Source of the DNA: Macrostomum hystrix | Taxonomy: Eukaryota; Animalia; Platyhelminthes | Assembly: GCA_950097015.1 (NCBI GenBank) | Contig: CATNEN010000012.1 | Coordinates: forward strand, 1,674,001-1,738,000 | Direction of reading: 5' to 3' | DNA length: 64,000 bases | Shown: positions 12,224-22,674 of the stretch, piece by piece | Position numbering within the stretch: the stretch's first letter is position 1 | Layout of the letters: the number at the start of each line of letters is the position of its first letter | Position numbers and translations under genes: made by a program | Notes under the pieces: generated by a model | Database searches by the model: none | What the model saw: the letters and a program-made list of their open reading frames with translations, nothing else | Told to the model about the DNA's origin: nothing

Positions 12224-14940
12224 ATGGCTTCTACCGCTACTCAAGTGCAATTCGACCAGGCTGCTAAGGATGACTTGCATCAGCAGCAGCAGCAGTCTTC
12301 ACCACTGCCGCCGCCGCATCCGAAGGTGACTGCAAACAATGAAAATGACTCTGAGACTGGTGGGCCGGCCGCTGCCGATCAGCCCGCTCGCTTCGCCAAC
12401 GGACCCAGTGGTGGGACGGTGATTCACAATCGAGTCTTTGTAGGCGGCATCCCGCCAAACACAGTCGAGGCCGAGCTAACCGAATTCTTCTCAGCGTTTG
12501 GCGAGGTGCGCGACGCTAAAATCATAGCTGACAAGAACGGCGTGTCTAAAGGCTACGGCTTTGTCACTTTTGAGTCTGCTCAGGTGGCCGAGACCATCAT
12601 TAGAGGCGAATCTCGCGACGGCCTGATGTTCCGGCAGAAGAGGCTCAACATTGGGCCAGCCATCAAGAAGCATGTGAGTCTTTTCTGCTTCCTACCTGGG
12701 CTGCACGGCTGGAAATCTTACCAATCCAAAAATTAGCCCACCGGATCCCCATGTCCCCATGTCAAAGGCAGCTAGAATCCCCATGTCAAAGGCAGCTAGA
12801 ATCCCCATGTCCCAATGTCAAAGGCAGCTAGAATCCCTATGTCCCAATGTCAGAGGCAGCTAGAATCTCCATGTCCCAATGTCAAAGGCAGCTAGAATCC
12901 CCATGTCCCAATGTCAGAGGCAGCTAGAATCCCCATGTCAAAGGCAGCTAGAATCCCTATGTCCCAATGTCAGAGGCAGCTAGAATCCCCATGTCAAAGG
13001 CAGCTAGAATCCCTATGTCCCAATGTCAGAGGCAGCTAGAATCCCCATGTCAAAGGCAGCTAGAATCCCTATGTCCCAATGTCAGAGGCAGCTAGAATCC
13101 CCATGTCAAAGGCAGCTAGAATCCCCATGTCAAAGGCAGCTAGAATCCCCATGTCAAAGGCAGCTAGAATCCCCATGTCAAAGGCAGCTAGAATCCCCAT
13201 GTCAAAGGCAGCTAGAATCCCCATCTCAAAGGCAGCTAGAATCCCCATCTCGAAGGCAGCTAAACTCACCATGTCAAAGACAGCTAGAATCCCCATGTCA
13301 AAGGCAGCTAGAATCCCATCTCAAAGGCAGTTTGAATCCCCATCTCAAAGGCAGCTAGAATCCCCATCTCAAAGGCAGCTAGAATCCCCATGTCAAAGGC
13401 AGCTAGGTAACTCCCGACGCTTATCTTGATTCCCTTCTGAAAAATGTGAAATCCTGACAATTAAAAGCAAGCTAAAATCCCAATTCGCAATGGTATAGTC
13501 CCACCTATTGCAGTCCGCGTACCCGAGGCCCGAGTCTAGCAGCAATGGCGTCTTCTTCACAGCCGGCTCCGTGCCGTACACTTATCAGAACGGCATGGCG
13601 GTGTTCCACATTCCCGGCAGCCTGTACCAGCACTACCAGCAGCAGCAGTCGCAGCCACAGCAGCTGGCTGCCATCGCAGGTGCCGGAGGTGAACTGCAGT
13701 ACTCGCCCGGCTATGGCCAGCCCTACACAATGACTACTGCAGCTGCTGCCGCCGCTGCTGCCGCCTCTGCTGCCGCCGCCGCTTCCACGCCGACTGGGGT
13801 GTCCGCCGCAGCTGCCGCCGCCGCCCAGCTGATGTGCCTGCCGGCGCCCTTCGCCGCCGCAGTGTGGCCAACATCCATTACTCACCAATCGCCCAGTCCA
13901 GCTCAAGTGAGTCTACCTTTGTCTATGAGTCTCTATCTCTGAGTACCTGTGAGCCCATCTCGTGCTTATCCTTACCCTACTGTTGCTAGTAGCCAGTTGG
14001 AATTGTTTGTGTATTGGAATTCAGCGAATTGTAGCCATTATCCAGATTCTCAACCCATTTAAATTTGTTTTCGCAGAGCAACACGCCGTCCAATGCGGCA
14101 TACTATACGGCTGCCGCCTTTGGCAGCGGCAGCGGCAACCTCGGAGGGGGCCTGCCCTGCTACAGCAGTCCGCTGGCAGCCGCCGTCAACTGCAACAGCA
14201 GCAACAACAGGACCCCGGTTGTGGCCTACCCGGACTGTCCCGGGGCTTTCATGAGCGCCACCAGCGACTACGGCACTGATCCCAGCTACACGGACCAGTC
14301 CTACGCCAATGAGGTGAGCTACCTCAAATCCAAGTCACACCCACCCCATTCACAATCTCTGTAGTCCCAGTTCCTCCTACTACATTCCCGATCTCTGTAG
14401 TCCCAGTTCTTCACACCCCATTCCCGATCTCTATAATCCCAGTTCTTCACACCCCATTCACAATCTCTATAATCCCATTTTTTCACACCCCAATCCTGAT
14501 CTCTATAATCCCAGTTCTTCACACCCCATTCCCGAACTCTATATAGGGATCGGGAATATGGTCCCCATCCCACTATTTCTAATCGTGCAACGATCTAATA
14601 GTTTTTTTCACCCTCCCAGTCTGCTGAGTACGAATGTGTACCAGTGTACAACCAGCAGCAGCAGCAGCAGTACCACCTGCAGCAGCAGCAGCATATGGCC
14701 TACTCTCCAGCCCCCGGCTATTGCTATGGCAGCCCACCAGTGCTGTGCCAGATGCGAGCCTTTCCTGTCCTGCTGAATCCTCACCAGCAGTACCAGCAGC
14801 AGCAGCAGCACCAGCAGCTCGTTACACCACCTCCGCCAGCCCCTATAGCTCGCATTGTGGCCTTGGACTCCTCGGCTGCAGCCGCCGTTTCCGTTGACGA
14901 CTCTGTAGCTGCCCAAGCCGCTGCTACGCCAGCCTTGTGA
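12224..14940 (+). CDS. boule: Boule (DAZ-family RRM germline RNA-binding protein), 466 aa
   Basis: Exons 12224-12673, 13514-13906, 14077-14313, 14620-14940, all phase 0. RRM with NRVFVGGI (RNP2), KGYGFVTF (RNP1), RLNIGPAIKK. Boule-type PYTYQNGMAVFH motif. Q/A/Y-rich tail. Confidence 0.93.
12750..13406. repeat. 24-bp minisatellite (ATGTCAAAGGCAGCTAGAATCCCC) in boule intron 1
   Basis: Direct reading; some units carry an extra ATGTCCCA-type insert. Confidence 0.95.
14353..14545. repeat. ~33-35-bp tandem repeat (CTCTATAATCCCAGTTCTTCACACCCCATTCCCGA) in boule intron 3
   Basis: Direct reading. Confidence 0.88.
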
Positions 14941-15924
14941 ATGCCGGCCTCGAAGCCCTCGATGGCCGAGGTCGGCCGCACAGTTTAAGAGGCCCGGGTC
15001 TTCCAGCTTGTGGCGCTAACTCTCATATTATTTATTTACACTAATTTCGGTACCCTTCTTTGTGTACCTATGCAACTTTAATAGCAAAAATATTTTCGCA
15101 TATTTATATCTATACCTACACAAACTGTTCGGTCGCCAAACCCGCTTTGCGCCCCAAAATATTCATTGCCGTCTCCCCTGTACCACACTCACCACCGCTG
15201 GCCTGTCGTCTAGATATCCATCGACCTCGTATCTCGACTGGCGCTAAAAGTGTTCCATTTTTCTGCTCATTTTTTAGCACGGGGCAGCGGCCGTGCTTGT
15301 CGTTTTATCGCTTTGTGCGTACTGAATATGAAAAAACAGGTCGGCAGAACTTTGCTGCCCGCTGTTTCATAGAAAATCTGATTTGCATTCGTGTTGGAAA
15401 AGTAGAGTGTTAGTTAACGTCAAAACTCTCTTCTAGATATTGTTTCGGAACCTTGTCGTTTGTTAAGTCTCTTTTTTCGTGTCTGTTTTTAAAGTTCCCA
15501 GTGAAACTCAACCATCCCTTAGCTTGATTTCCTAGGATCCTAGGCCTCCAACTCGCTTCCTTCACCAATTCTCATCGTGTGCTCATATATATCTACTAAC
15601 AAAATTCGCGCCTCCAATAAAAAGCTATTTTATTTGTTTAACCTTTTTATTAGCTTACTTACTAAACTGTATTAATTAGTTCGATTCGTTGATTTGTGTC
15701 AATTAGTGAAGTAAATGCGTTGCATGCTGCTATTGCCAAAATAATAAACTGGAACTTGTAGGCGCCTCCGAATCATGATTTCTCATCAAACTCCGCTTTA
15801 ATGGCCTGTAGCAGAAGGCTCATAACTGTGTTTTATTGTCCTTCATTTTTAGTCTGCTTTTCGCAATTTTAGTCTCCTTTAAATAGAGAACTCAGAATAA
15901 ACATTTAAATTTTCTTAGAATTTT

Positions 15925-15962
15925 GCCAATGCATTTCGACCACAATCGGTCATCTTCAGGGC
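15925..15962 (-). ncRNA. Minimal type I hammerhead ribozyme motif (Penelope-like/retrozyme type), minus-strand copy
   Basis: Minus strand reads GCC-CUGAAGA-U-GACC(gauugu)GGUC-GAAA-UGCA-UU-GGC: conserved core, 4-bp stem II, palindromic AUGCAU stem III, 3-bp stem I. Confidence 0.7.
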
Positions 15963-16222
15963 GGACACATCAATTAAACTCACAGAACCAAGTTATATAT
16001 ATTTTTTAAGAAATGAAAACTGTACATTGCAAAGTGCGAATCAATTTCGGTCCAGTCCGGTTAACAAGAGAAAGAAAACAACAACCAAATAAAGTACAAC
16101 GACGCTTCTAACATAGCTAAAACATAGCTTGAGTTGGCGGCTTGCACCCCCCATGGCTAACTGACTGTTCAAATATGGTTTCTGAGCCTTAATGTACATT
16201 TTTTTTCTCCTTTTTTCTCTTG

Positions 16223-16266
16223 TTTACCCTGAAGATGACCGATTGTGGTCGAAATGCATTGGCAAA
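16223..16266 (+). ncRNA. Minimal type I hammerhead ribozyme motif (Penelope-like/retrozyme type), plus-strand copy
   Basis: UUUACC-CUGAAGA-U-GACC(gauugu)GGUC-GAAA-UGCA-UU-GGCAAA. Stem I pairs 5 of 6 bp; predicted cleavage after 16260. Confidence 0.7.
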
Positions 16267-16387
16267 ATTCTAAGAAAATTTAAATGTTCATTCTGAGTTT
16301 TCACTATTTAATTGTTGTCAAGCGAGCTACTCTACCTGAATTATTCTCCTTTACTTAAAGTCCCAGAATCCCTCTTACATTCCTAGT

Positions 16388-17260
16388 CTACTTCCCCTTC
16401 CATTCCCAGTCGCCTTCTCCTTCCCCTTATTTCCAGTCTCCTTCTCCTTCTCCTTCCATTCCCAGTATCCTTCTCCTTCCCCTTATTTCCAGTCTCCTTC
16501 TCCTTCTCCTTCCATTCCCAGTCGCCTTCTCCTTCCCCTTATTTCCAGTCTCCTTCTCCTTCTCCTTCCATTCCCAGTATCCTTCACCTTCCCCTTCCAT
16601 TCCCAGTCGCCTTCTCCTTCCCCTTCCGTTCCCAGTCTCCTTCTCCTTCCATTCCCAGTCTCCTTCTCCTTCCCCTTCCATTCCCAGTCGCCTTCTCCTT
16701 CCCCTTCCGTTCCCAGTCTCCTTCTCCTTCCATTCCCAGTCTCCTTCTCCTTCCCCTTCCATTCCCAGTCTCCTTCTCCTTCCATTCCCAGTCTCCTTCT
16801 CCTTCCATTCCCAGTCTCCTTCTCCTTCCCCTTCCATTCCCAGTCTCCTTCTCCTTCCATTCCCAGTCTCCTCCTTTCCCTTCCATTCCCAGTCTCCCTC
16901 TCCTTCCCCTTCCATTTCCAGTGTCCTTCCCCTTCCATTTCCAGTCTCCTTCCCCTTCCATTCCCAGTCTCCTCCTTCCCCTTCCGTTTCCAGTCTCCTT
17001 CCCCTTCCCCTTCCATTCCCAGTCTCCTTCTCCTTCCCCTTCCATTCCCAGTCGCCTTCTCCTTCCATTCCCAGTCTCCTTCCCCTTCCTCTTCCATTCC
17101 CAGTCTCCTTCTCCTTCCCCTTCCGTTTCCAGTCTCCTTCTCCTTCCATTCCCAGTCTCCTTCTCCTTCCTTTCCCAGTCTCCTTCTCCTTCCATTCCCA
17201 GTATCCTTCTCCTTCCTTTCCCAGTCTCCATATACTTCTATTCCCAGTCTCCATCTTCTT
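16388..17260. repeat. Pyrimidine-rich degenerate repeat (CCTTCCATTCCCAGTCTCCTTCTCCTTCC-type)
   Basis: Direct reading; it generates the spurious G/E/K/R-rich minus-strand ORFs. Confidence 0.93.
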
Positions 17261-17855
17261 CTATTCCAAGTCTTAATCCCCATTCCATTTGCATTCTCTT
17301 TCCCCTCCCATTCCCTATCTGTCTACATTCCATTTACAGTCTCCATCTTTATCCATTCCACTTTAACTAATTCGTAAATGTGATTTTTATCCTTCGACTT
17401 AGTTGACAGAAAGAAATCCCGTTTTCCCCCACCAATCTATTCGCCTGTGGGCGGAGCCGCAGTTGAATGTAAAGCAGATCGTTTCACCTGCTTTGCTTGC
17501 CACGGATGGGATCTGGGTGTGGCCTGGTCCGCCCAGACTCAGCCGCGGATTGAAGGATGCGAAGCGAGGGACGCCTGAGCGGGCAGCTCGAATCCCTGGC
17601 GCTGCCGCCATGTCCGCCTTCCTCACAGCCTCTCGGCTTTCCTTCTCCCGTATAGTCTCTTCTCAATTCCTCAATTTCGGCGAGCAAACTGAAAACACAC
17701 TGTGCCCCACCCCCTTGCGAATTCCCTTCCCCTGCTCTGGGAAGTGCCGGGTCACATCTATATCTGAGCTGAGATCCCTGCTCAGCGAGAGCGGCGGTGA
17801 GAGCTGTTTGTTTGACATTCGACATCAAGTAAAAAAATTCGACAACCCGGGAGGC

Positions 17856-20800
17856 ATGCCGACGGAGAACTCTTCTAACTCGAAGCCGGCGCCGTTCAAG
17901 GAGCTGCGAATCCAGCTGGACGGCGGCGAGACCGTCTTCTACAGCGGCGGCTGCGTCGGCGGCCGGCTGATTGTCAACCTGCTGGAGGAGGTGCAGATTC
18001 AGAGTGAGTGTCTGGGTCCAGAGTCTGAGCACATCCTGAGTAGAGTGAGTGTCTGGGTCCAGAGTCTGAGCAAATCCTGAGTAGAGTGAGTGTCTGGGTC
18101 CAGAGTCCGAGCACATCCTGAGTAGAGTGAGTGTCTGGGTCCAGAATCCGAGCACATCCTGAGTATAGTAAATCTTTGAGTCCAGAGTCTGTGTAAATCT
18201 TGAGTAGAGGGATTTTCTGGGTCCAGAGTCGAATTGAGATAACTGCAGTACACAAATCCTACAGAGCTCTAAACTCCCCTCCTGCAGGCGTCAGGCTGAG
18301 AGCTCACGGATCTGCAGTGGTGACTGACAATGACGGTGTCGAAACAGAAGAGACCTACATCGACCATGAGACCTGTCTGTGGGGCGCCGGTGAGCTGCCT
18401 TCAGGACTGCGTTAAAGGGAGAGCTAGGGACTGACTGAGTGAGAGCTAGGGACTGAGTGAGAGCTAGGGACTGAGTGAGAGCTAGGGACTGACTGAGTGA
18501 GAGCTAGGGACTGAGTGAGAGCTAGGGACTGAGTGAGAGCTAGGGACTGAGTGAGAGCTAGGGACTGAGTGAGAGCTAGGGACTGAGTGAGAGCTAGGGA
18601 CTGAGTGAGAGCTAGGGACTGAGTGAGAGCTAGGGACTGACTGAGTGAGAGCTAGGGACTGAGTGAGAGCTAGGGACTGAGTGAGAGCTAGGGACTGAGT
18701 GAGAGCTAGGGACTGAGTGAGAGCTAGGGACTGAGTGAGAGCTAGGGACTGACTGAGTGAGAGCTAGGGACTGAGTGAGAGCTAGGGACTGAGTGAGAGC
18801 TAGGGACTGAGTGAGAGCTAGGGACTGAGTGAGAGCTAGGGACTGACTGAGTGAGAGCTAGGGACTGAGTGAGAGCTAGGGACTGAGTGAGAGCTAGGGA
18901 CTGACTGAGTGAGAGCTAGGGACTGAGTGAGAGCCAGGGACTGAGTGAGAGCTAGGGACTGAGTGAGAGCTAGGGACTGAGTGAGAGCTAGGGACTGAGT
19001 TAGAGCTACGGAAAGTCCCGGGTTTGTTTCAGAGATGCAAAGATTGACTTTCCACCAAAGCTCTTTCAGCAGCTTGATGAGAGGCTTGCATGCCTTTCAC
19101 CGATAGCTTTCGAAGCAGCTGGGAGTGAGTGCTGAGGCGTGGCTGGGTGCCGTCCCACGGCCCATACAGGCGAAGGTCAAATAGCACGCCCTGGAATTCG
19201 ATTAGCTCCATTATTCGCCTCACAAATCCCCCTTTCCATGGACCGAGAAAAAAGTATTTTTCTTCAGCCAGCAAAAAATCTAGGGAAAAGTCCTTGTTGT
19301 TGAGCTCTTGAGTTGAGCTAGGAGGGAAACTTTCTCGCCATCTATTCCCAGACGAGCCGCAGCACCGCGAGCCGCTGGAAGCGACCAGGCACCAGTTTCC
19401 GTTCCGCCTGCGACTGCCGCCCGACTGTCCGCCCAGCCTGGCCGCCAGTCGGTGCCAGATTGTCTATGGCCTCGACGCCGTTGTCGCTGTGTCCGAATTG
19501 AACTCGGCGACGGAGCCGGAGGGCCGGCGAATGCAGCTGACGGTCTATCACACCAGCTGCCGGCTGGAGCTGCGCAGGCCGGATGTCAAGGTCGATCGGC
19601 AGAATGGGACCCGATCCGGGGCGTGGAGGGAGAGGGGATATGGGAGATTCCTGATTTCTAGGGGGTGCTACAGTGGAGAGCGAATGGGGAGATTAAATTT
19701 TATATAACAGGGACCTTTCTAGCACTCAGAGAGATTGTAGCCCCGATTGGGTCAGATGTACAGCCGACAGCACAGCCGCAGCTATTGCGCGGCGCATCTG
19801 AAGCCTGTGTACGGCTGTTCAGTCCATGGACTGGGTGGGCGCCACACCCACCCGCAATTACCCCAGCTGATGCTGGTACCAATTTAACAGCTGGGTGTGG
19901 TGTCTTTGCTAAAAGACACAAATCGGAGTCAGGAATCGAACCCCCGACCTTAAGTCGTGAGTCCGACGCTCCAATATCAGTAGTCTACAAACACCCTCTG
20001 CTTATGCAACTGTCGCTGAAATCTTCTGTGACCGCCGCAGCCGCTCCCCAGGAACACCAGAGGCCAGGACCACCCCCTGGTCTCCATCACTGGCGGCAGT
20101 TGCCAGACGTCCGCGGACTCCACCCGGCAGAAGATGAAGCACCTGCTCAGAATGCGGGGCAGGCACTACTCAGCCGGTGACATTGTCCAGGTTGACGTCG
20201 GCGCTGAGAATCCCACGGAGGCCGAGTCGGAGCCTCTCGCCCTGCGCCTCACGCAGGTGCGACACTGATTGCTTTTGTCGCCAGTTCACGGTCAACTGGC
20301 TTGGATTTGTGCTTGGGGTAGAGACTGGAACAGCTGGCGACCATTCAGGTGGAAATGCTGGCTCAGGTAGTGAAGGCTTTTAGTCCTGATAGCTTCTCAC
20401 GTGAAAGCCTACACGTCCCTGGAGACCTGCTTTGGCTTTTCTCATGCTCTGAAAGGAATTCCATCTGCTGCAAATTCACGCAATGTCAACAGACATCCCC
20501 ATAGCTTTAGCTCTGCGCACCACTTTCCTATCCCTTTCCTCGTCCATCTACTCTCACCTTCTCATCTACTCTCACCTTCTCATCTACTCTTTACTTCTCA
20601 TCTACTCTCACCTTCTCATCTACTCTCACCTTCTCATCTACTCTTTCCTTCTCATCTACTCTCACCTTCTCATCCACTCTCACCTTCTCATCTACTCTCA
20701 CCTTCTCATCTACTCTCTCCTTCTCTCTACTCACTCCTTCTCTCTTCTCTCTCCTCATCTACTCTCTCCTTCTCTCTACACTCTCCTTATCTACTCTCTC

Positions 20801-21820
20801 CTTCTCTCTACTCTCTCCTTCTACATCTACTCTCTATTTCTCCATCTACTCTCAGCTTTACGTGTACTCACTACATCTCCATCTAGTCCATTTCCCTGCT
20901 CTCCTCTATCCCTTGTCTCTTCTCTACCTCGCTATTCATTGCCTATCGTTAGTGTCAGCCCCTGTGTTTCTGATTTCTGATTTGCCAATTTCCCAGGAAT
21001 TTAATTGGAAGTTGAATTGCCTATGAATCTCGCTCGTATTTTTCCTTGTCCCATTCAATTTATACTTTATATAGAGAGTTTTTAGTCCTGATTTCTAATA
21101 ACTCCTATTGACTTAAAAAGTGAAAAAATCTCACACAAAGCGACATAAAATTTCCGTTGCACCGCTGCCCAGCTGATCGTGTATCACCTGCCCGACTGTC
21201 GGTCGCCAGCTTCCGAGGCTCGAATCCTGAGCCAGCGAGAGCTCGGCGCAGTGCAGGCCCGCAGCTACGTGATCTGGAAGAATGCGTCGCTGCGGTTGCC
21301 CGACATGGCCGCACCCAGCGACCTGGGCAGCTGCAGCCTGATCAGCGTGTCCTACTTCGTGTCTCTGCATGGCGGAGGCCTCTGTCTGCCTATTCGTGTG
21401 CACTCTACAGGCCCTGCAAAGGGTGAATAAGTTCTGTTCTTGTATTAAGTAGTTAGTTGGTTAGTTAGTTTATTGTTTGTTTGTTTGTTTGATTGTTTGT
21501 TAGTTTTGTTTTGTTTTGTTTCTTTGTTTGTTTGTTTATTTATTTGTTTGTTTGTTTGTTTGTTTGTTTATTTTGTATTTTGGCTAATGTCTAATCGGAG
21601 TGCATGCGAATCCGCTCGACGCCGTTTTTCAGTTGTCCCATCAGCCGAGCACAGCACCGCTACTCAAACTGAGCCGCGCCGCAGGCTGACAGCTTCAACG
21701 GGGGGTCGCCGACAGTTCCTGGAGCGCAAGCTTGACACCGTAGACTTGCAGCAGCAGCATCAGCAGCAGCAGCATCTGGTGGCAGGCGTGGAGGCTGGCG
21801 CGGGGACCAGTACCGCTTGA
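17856..21820 (+). CDS. Arrestin-domain-containing protein (alpha-arrestin/ARRDC-like), 380 aa
   Basis: Exons 17856-18003, 18288-18389, 19352-19590, 20041-20256, 21173-21422, 21633-21820 (1143 nt, phases consistent). Arrestin_N-like IQLDGGETVFYSGGCVGGRL and HQFPFRLRLPPDCPPS..IVY. Arrestin_C-like YSAGDIVQVDVGAEN and SLISVSY. The exon 3 donor (GTCGAT) is weak. Confidence 0.82.
18001..18165. repeat. 41-bp tandem repeat starting at the exon 1 donor of the arrestin gene
   Basis: AGAGTGAGTGTCTGGGTCC units at 18001, 18042, 18083, 18124. Confidence 0.9.
18418..19010. repeat. 19-bp minisatellite (GACTGAGTGAGAGCTAGGG), ~30 copies
   Basis: Direct reading; occasional extra GACT. Confidence 0.97.
19753..19985 (-). 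mobile_element. tRNA-derived SINE, family 2 copy
   Basis: Minus-strand B-box GGTTCGATTCC (19932-19942). Body GCTGTTCAGTCCRTGGACT and terminal CAGATGTACAGC are shared with copies at ~49.4, 55.0, 57.8 and 60.7 kb. Confidence 0.65.
20545..20880. repeat. 18-bp repeat (CTCACCTTCTCATCTACT) decaying into CT-rich sequence
   Basis: Direct reading, arrestin intron 4. Confidence 0.88.
21468..21572. repeat. (GTTT)n microsatellite
   Basis: Direct reading, arrestin intron 5. Confidence 0.9.
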
Positions 21821-22674
21821 AATTCATCGATAAAACTCAATGGCTTTTCAATTTAGCGGTCAAACACAGAAAATGTTTGAGAAACATTGTGAAGCTCTTT
21901 TTTCAGAAAATGTGCGCAATAGACTACTGTGTATTAGTCGTTTGCAGTAGAATCGCTAATTAATTAAATTAATAAATTTAACAATAACTATAAAATTTAT
22001 TTTTAGACAGTTAATAAAATCTGTCAACAATATGTTGGTTTGATATCAGTCGCGAATATGAATTTACGACGTAAAAAGTGAATGAAAATTAAATTAATTT
22101 TTTGCTGTTCAACGTACAATTCTTTGGCTTGAATTAATGCTCATAATCTACTTCAGGTTTATTCAATAAATTGAGTCAAAAAAGTGGAAACGGAGGCTTC
22201 ACGTTGCTTACATCGATCTAAATAAGTCTATTTATGAGACTTTCGAGAGCACAGCTAAGGCTGAGTAATTTATTTTAAACGAAATTGACGTTCGCTTTCT
22301 TGCGCAACTGCTAAATTTATTGAAGATTGAATTGAAGCCCTCGCCAGTGCGGCCATCAAATAGTTAGTTTGACAGGTGCAGCAGCTGGCCTTCATTGCAG
22401 CCCTTTAATCGATCCATTGAGGCAGCAGCGGCAGTCTTTTGAGTTAGAGAAGCACCACTTTCAGGTGAGAAGTGTGAGCCAGCGAAAAGTAATACCCAAC
22501 AGCCAAGGTGGTATTTTTCCGTTTTATTTTTCCAGCTAATGTGAAAAGTGCAGTTTTCATTTACTGGAGCCTGTGATTGATAGGCATAGCTACAGTGACC
22601 TCAAAATGCTAAATCAATGTGATTTCAGTTAGACTAGTTTAATACTAATTCTTTGCTCAGTATTCTTTTCTATG

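Noticed and set aside
17403-17855. N-terminal extension of the arrestin ORF from an upstream TTG
   Set aside because: No domain similarity is recognisable. ATG 17856 directly precedes the arrestin_N fold, so the upstream part is likely 5' UTR or promoter.
19850-19985. tRNA gene candidates (also 3764-3830, 50290-50356, 57990-58035)
   Set aside because: Only A/B-box-like parts are present, with no complete cloverleaf or acceptor stem; interpreted as SINE heads.
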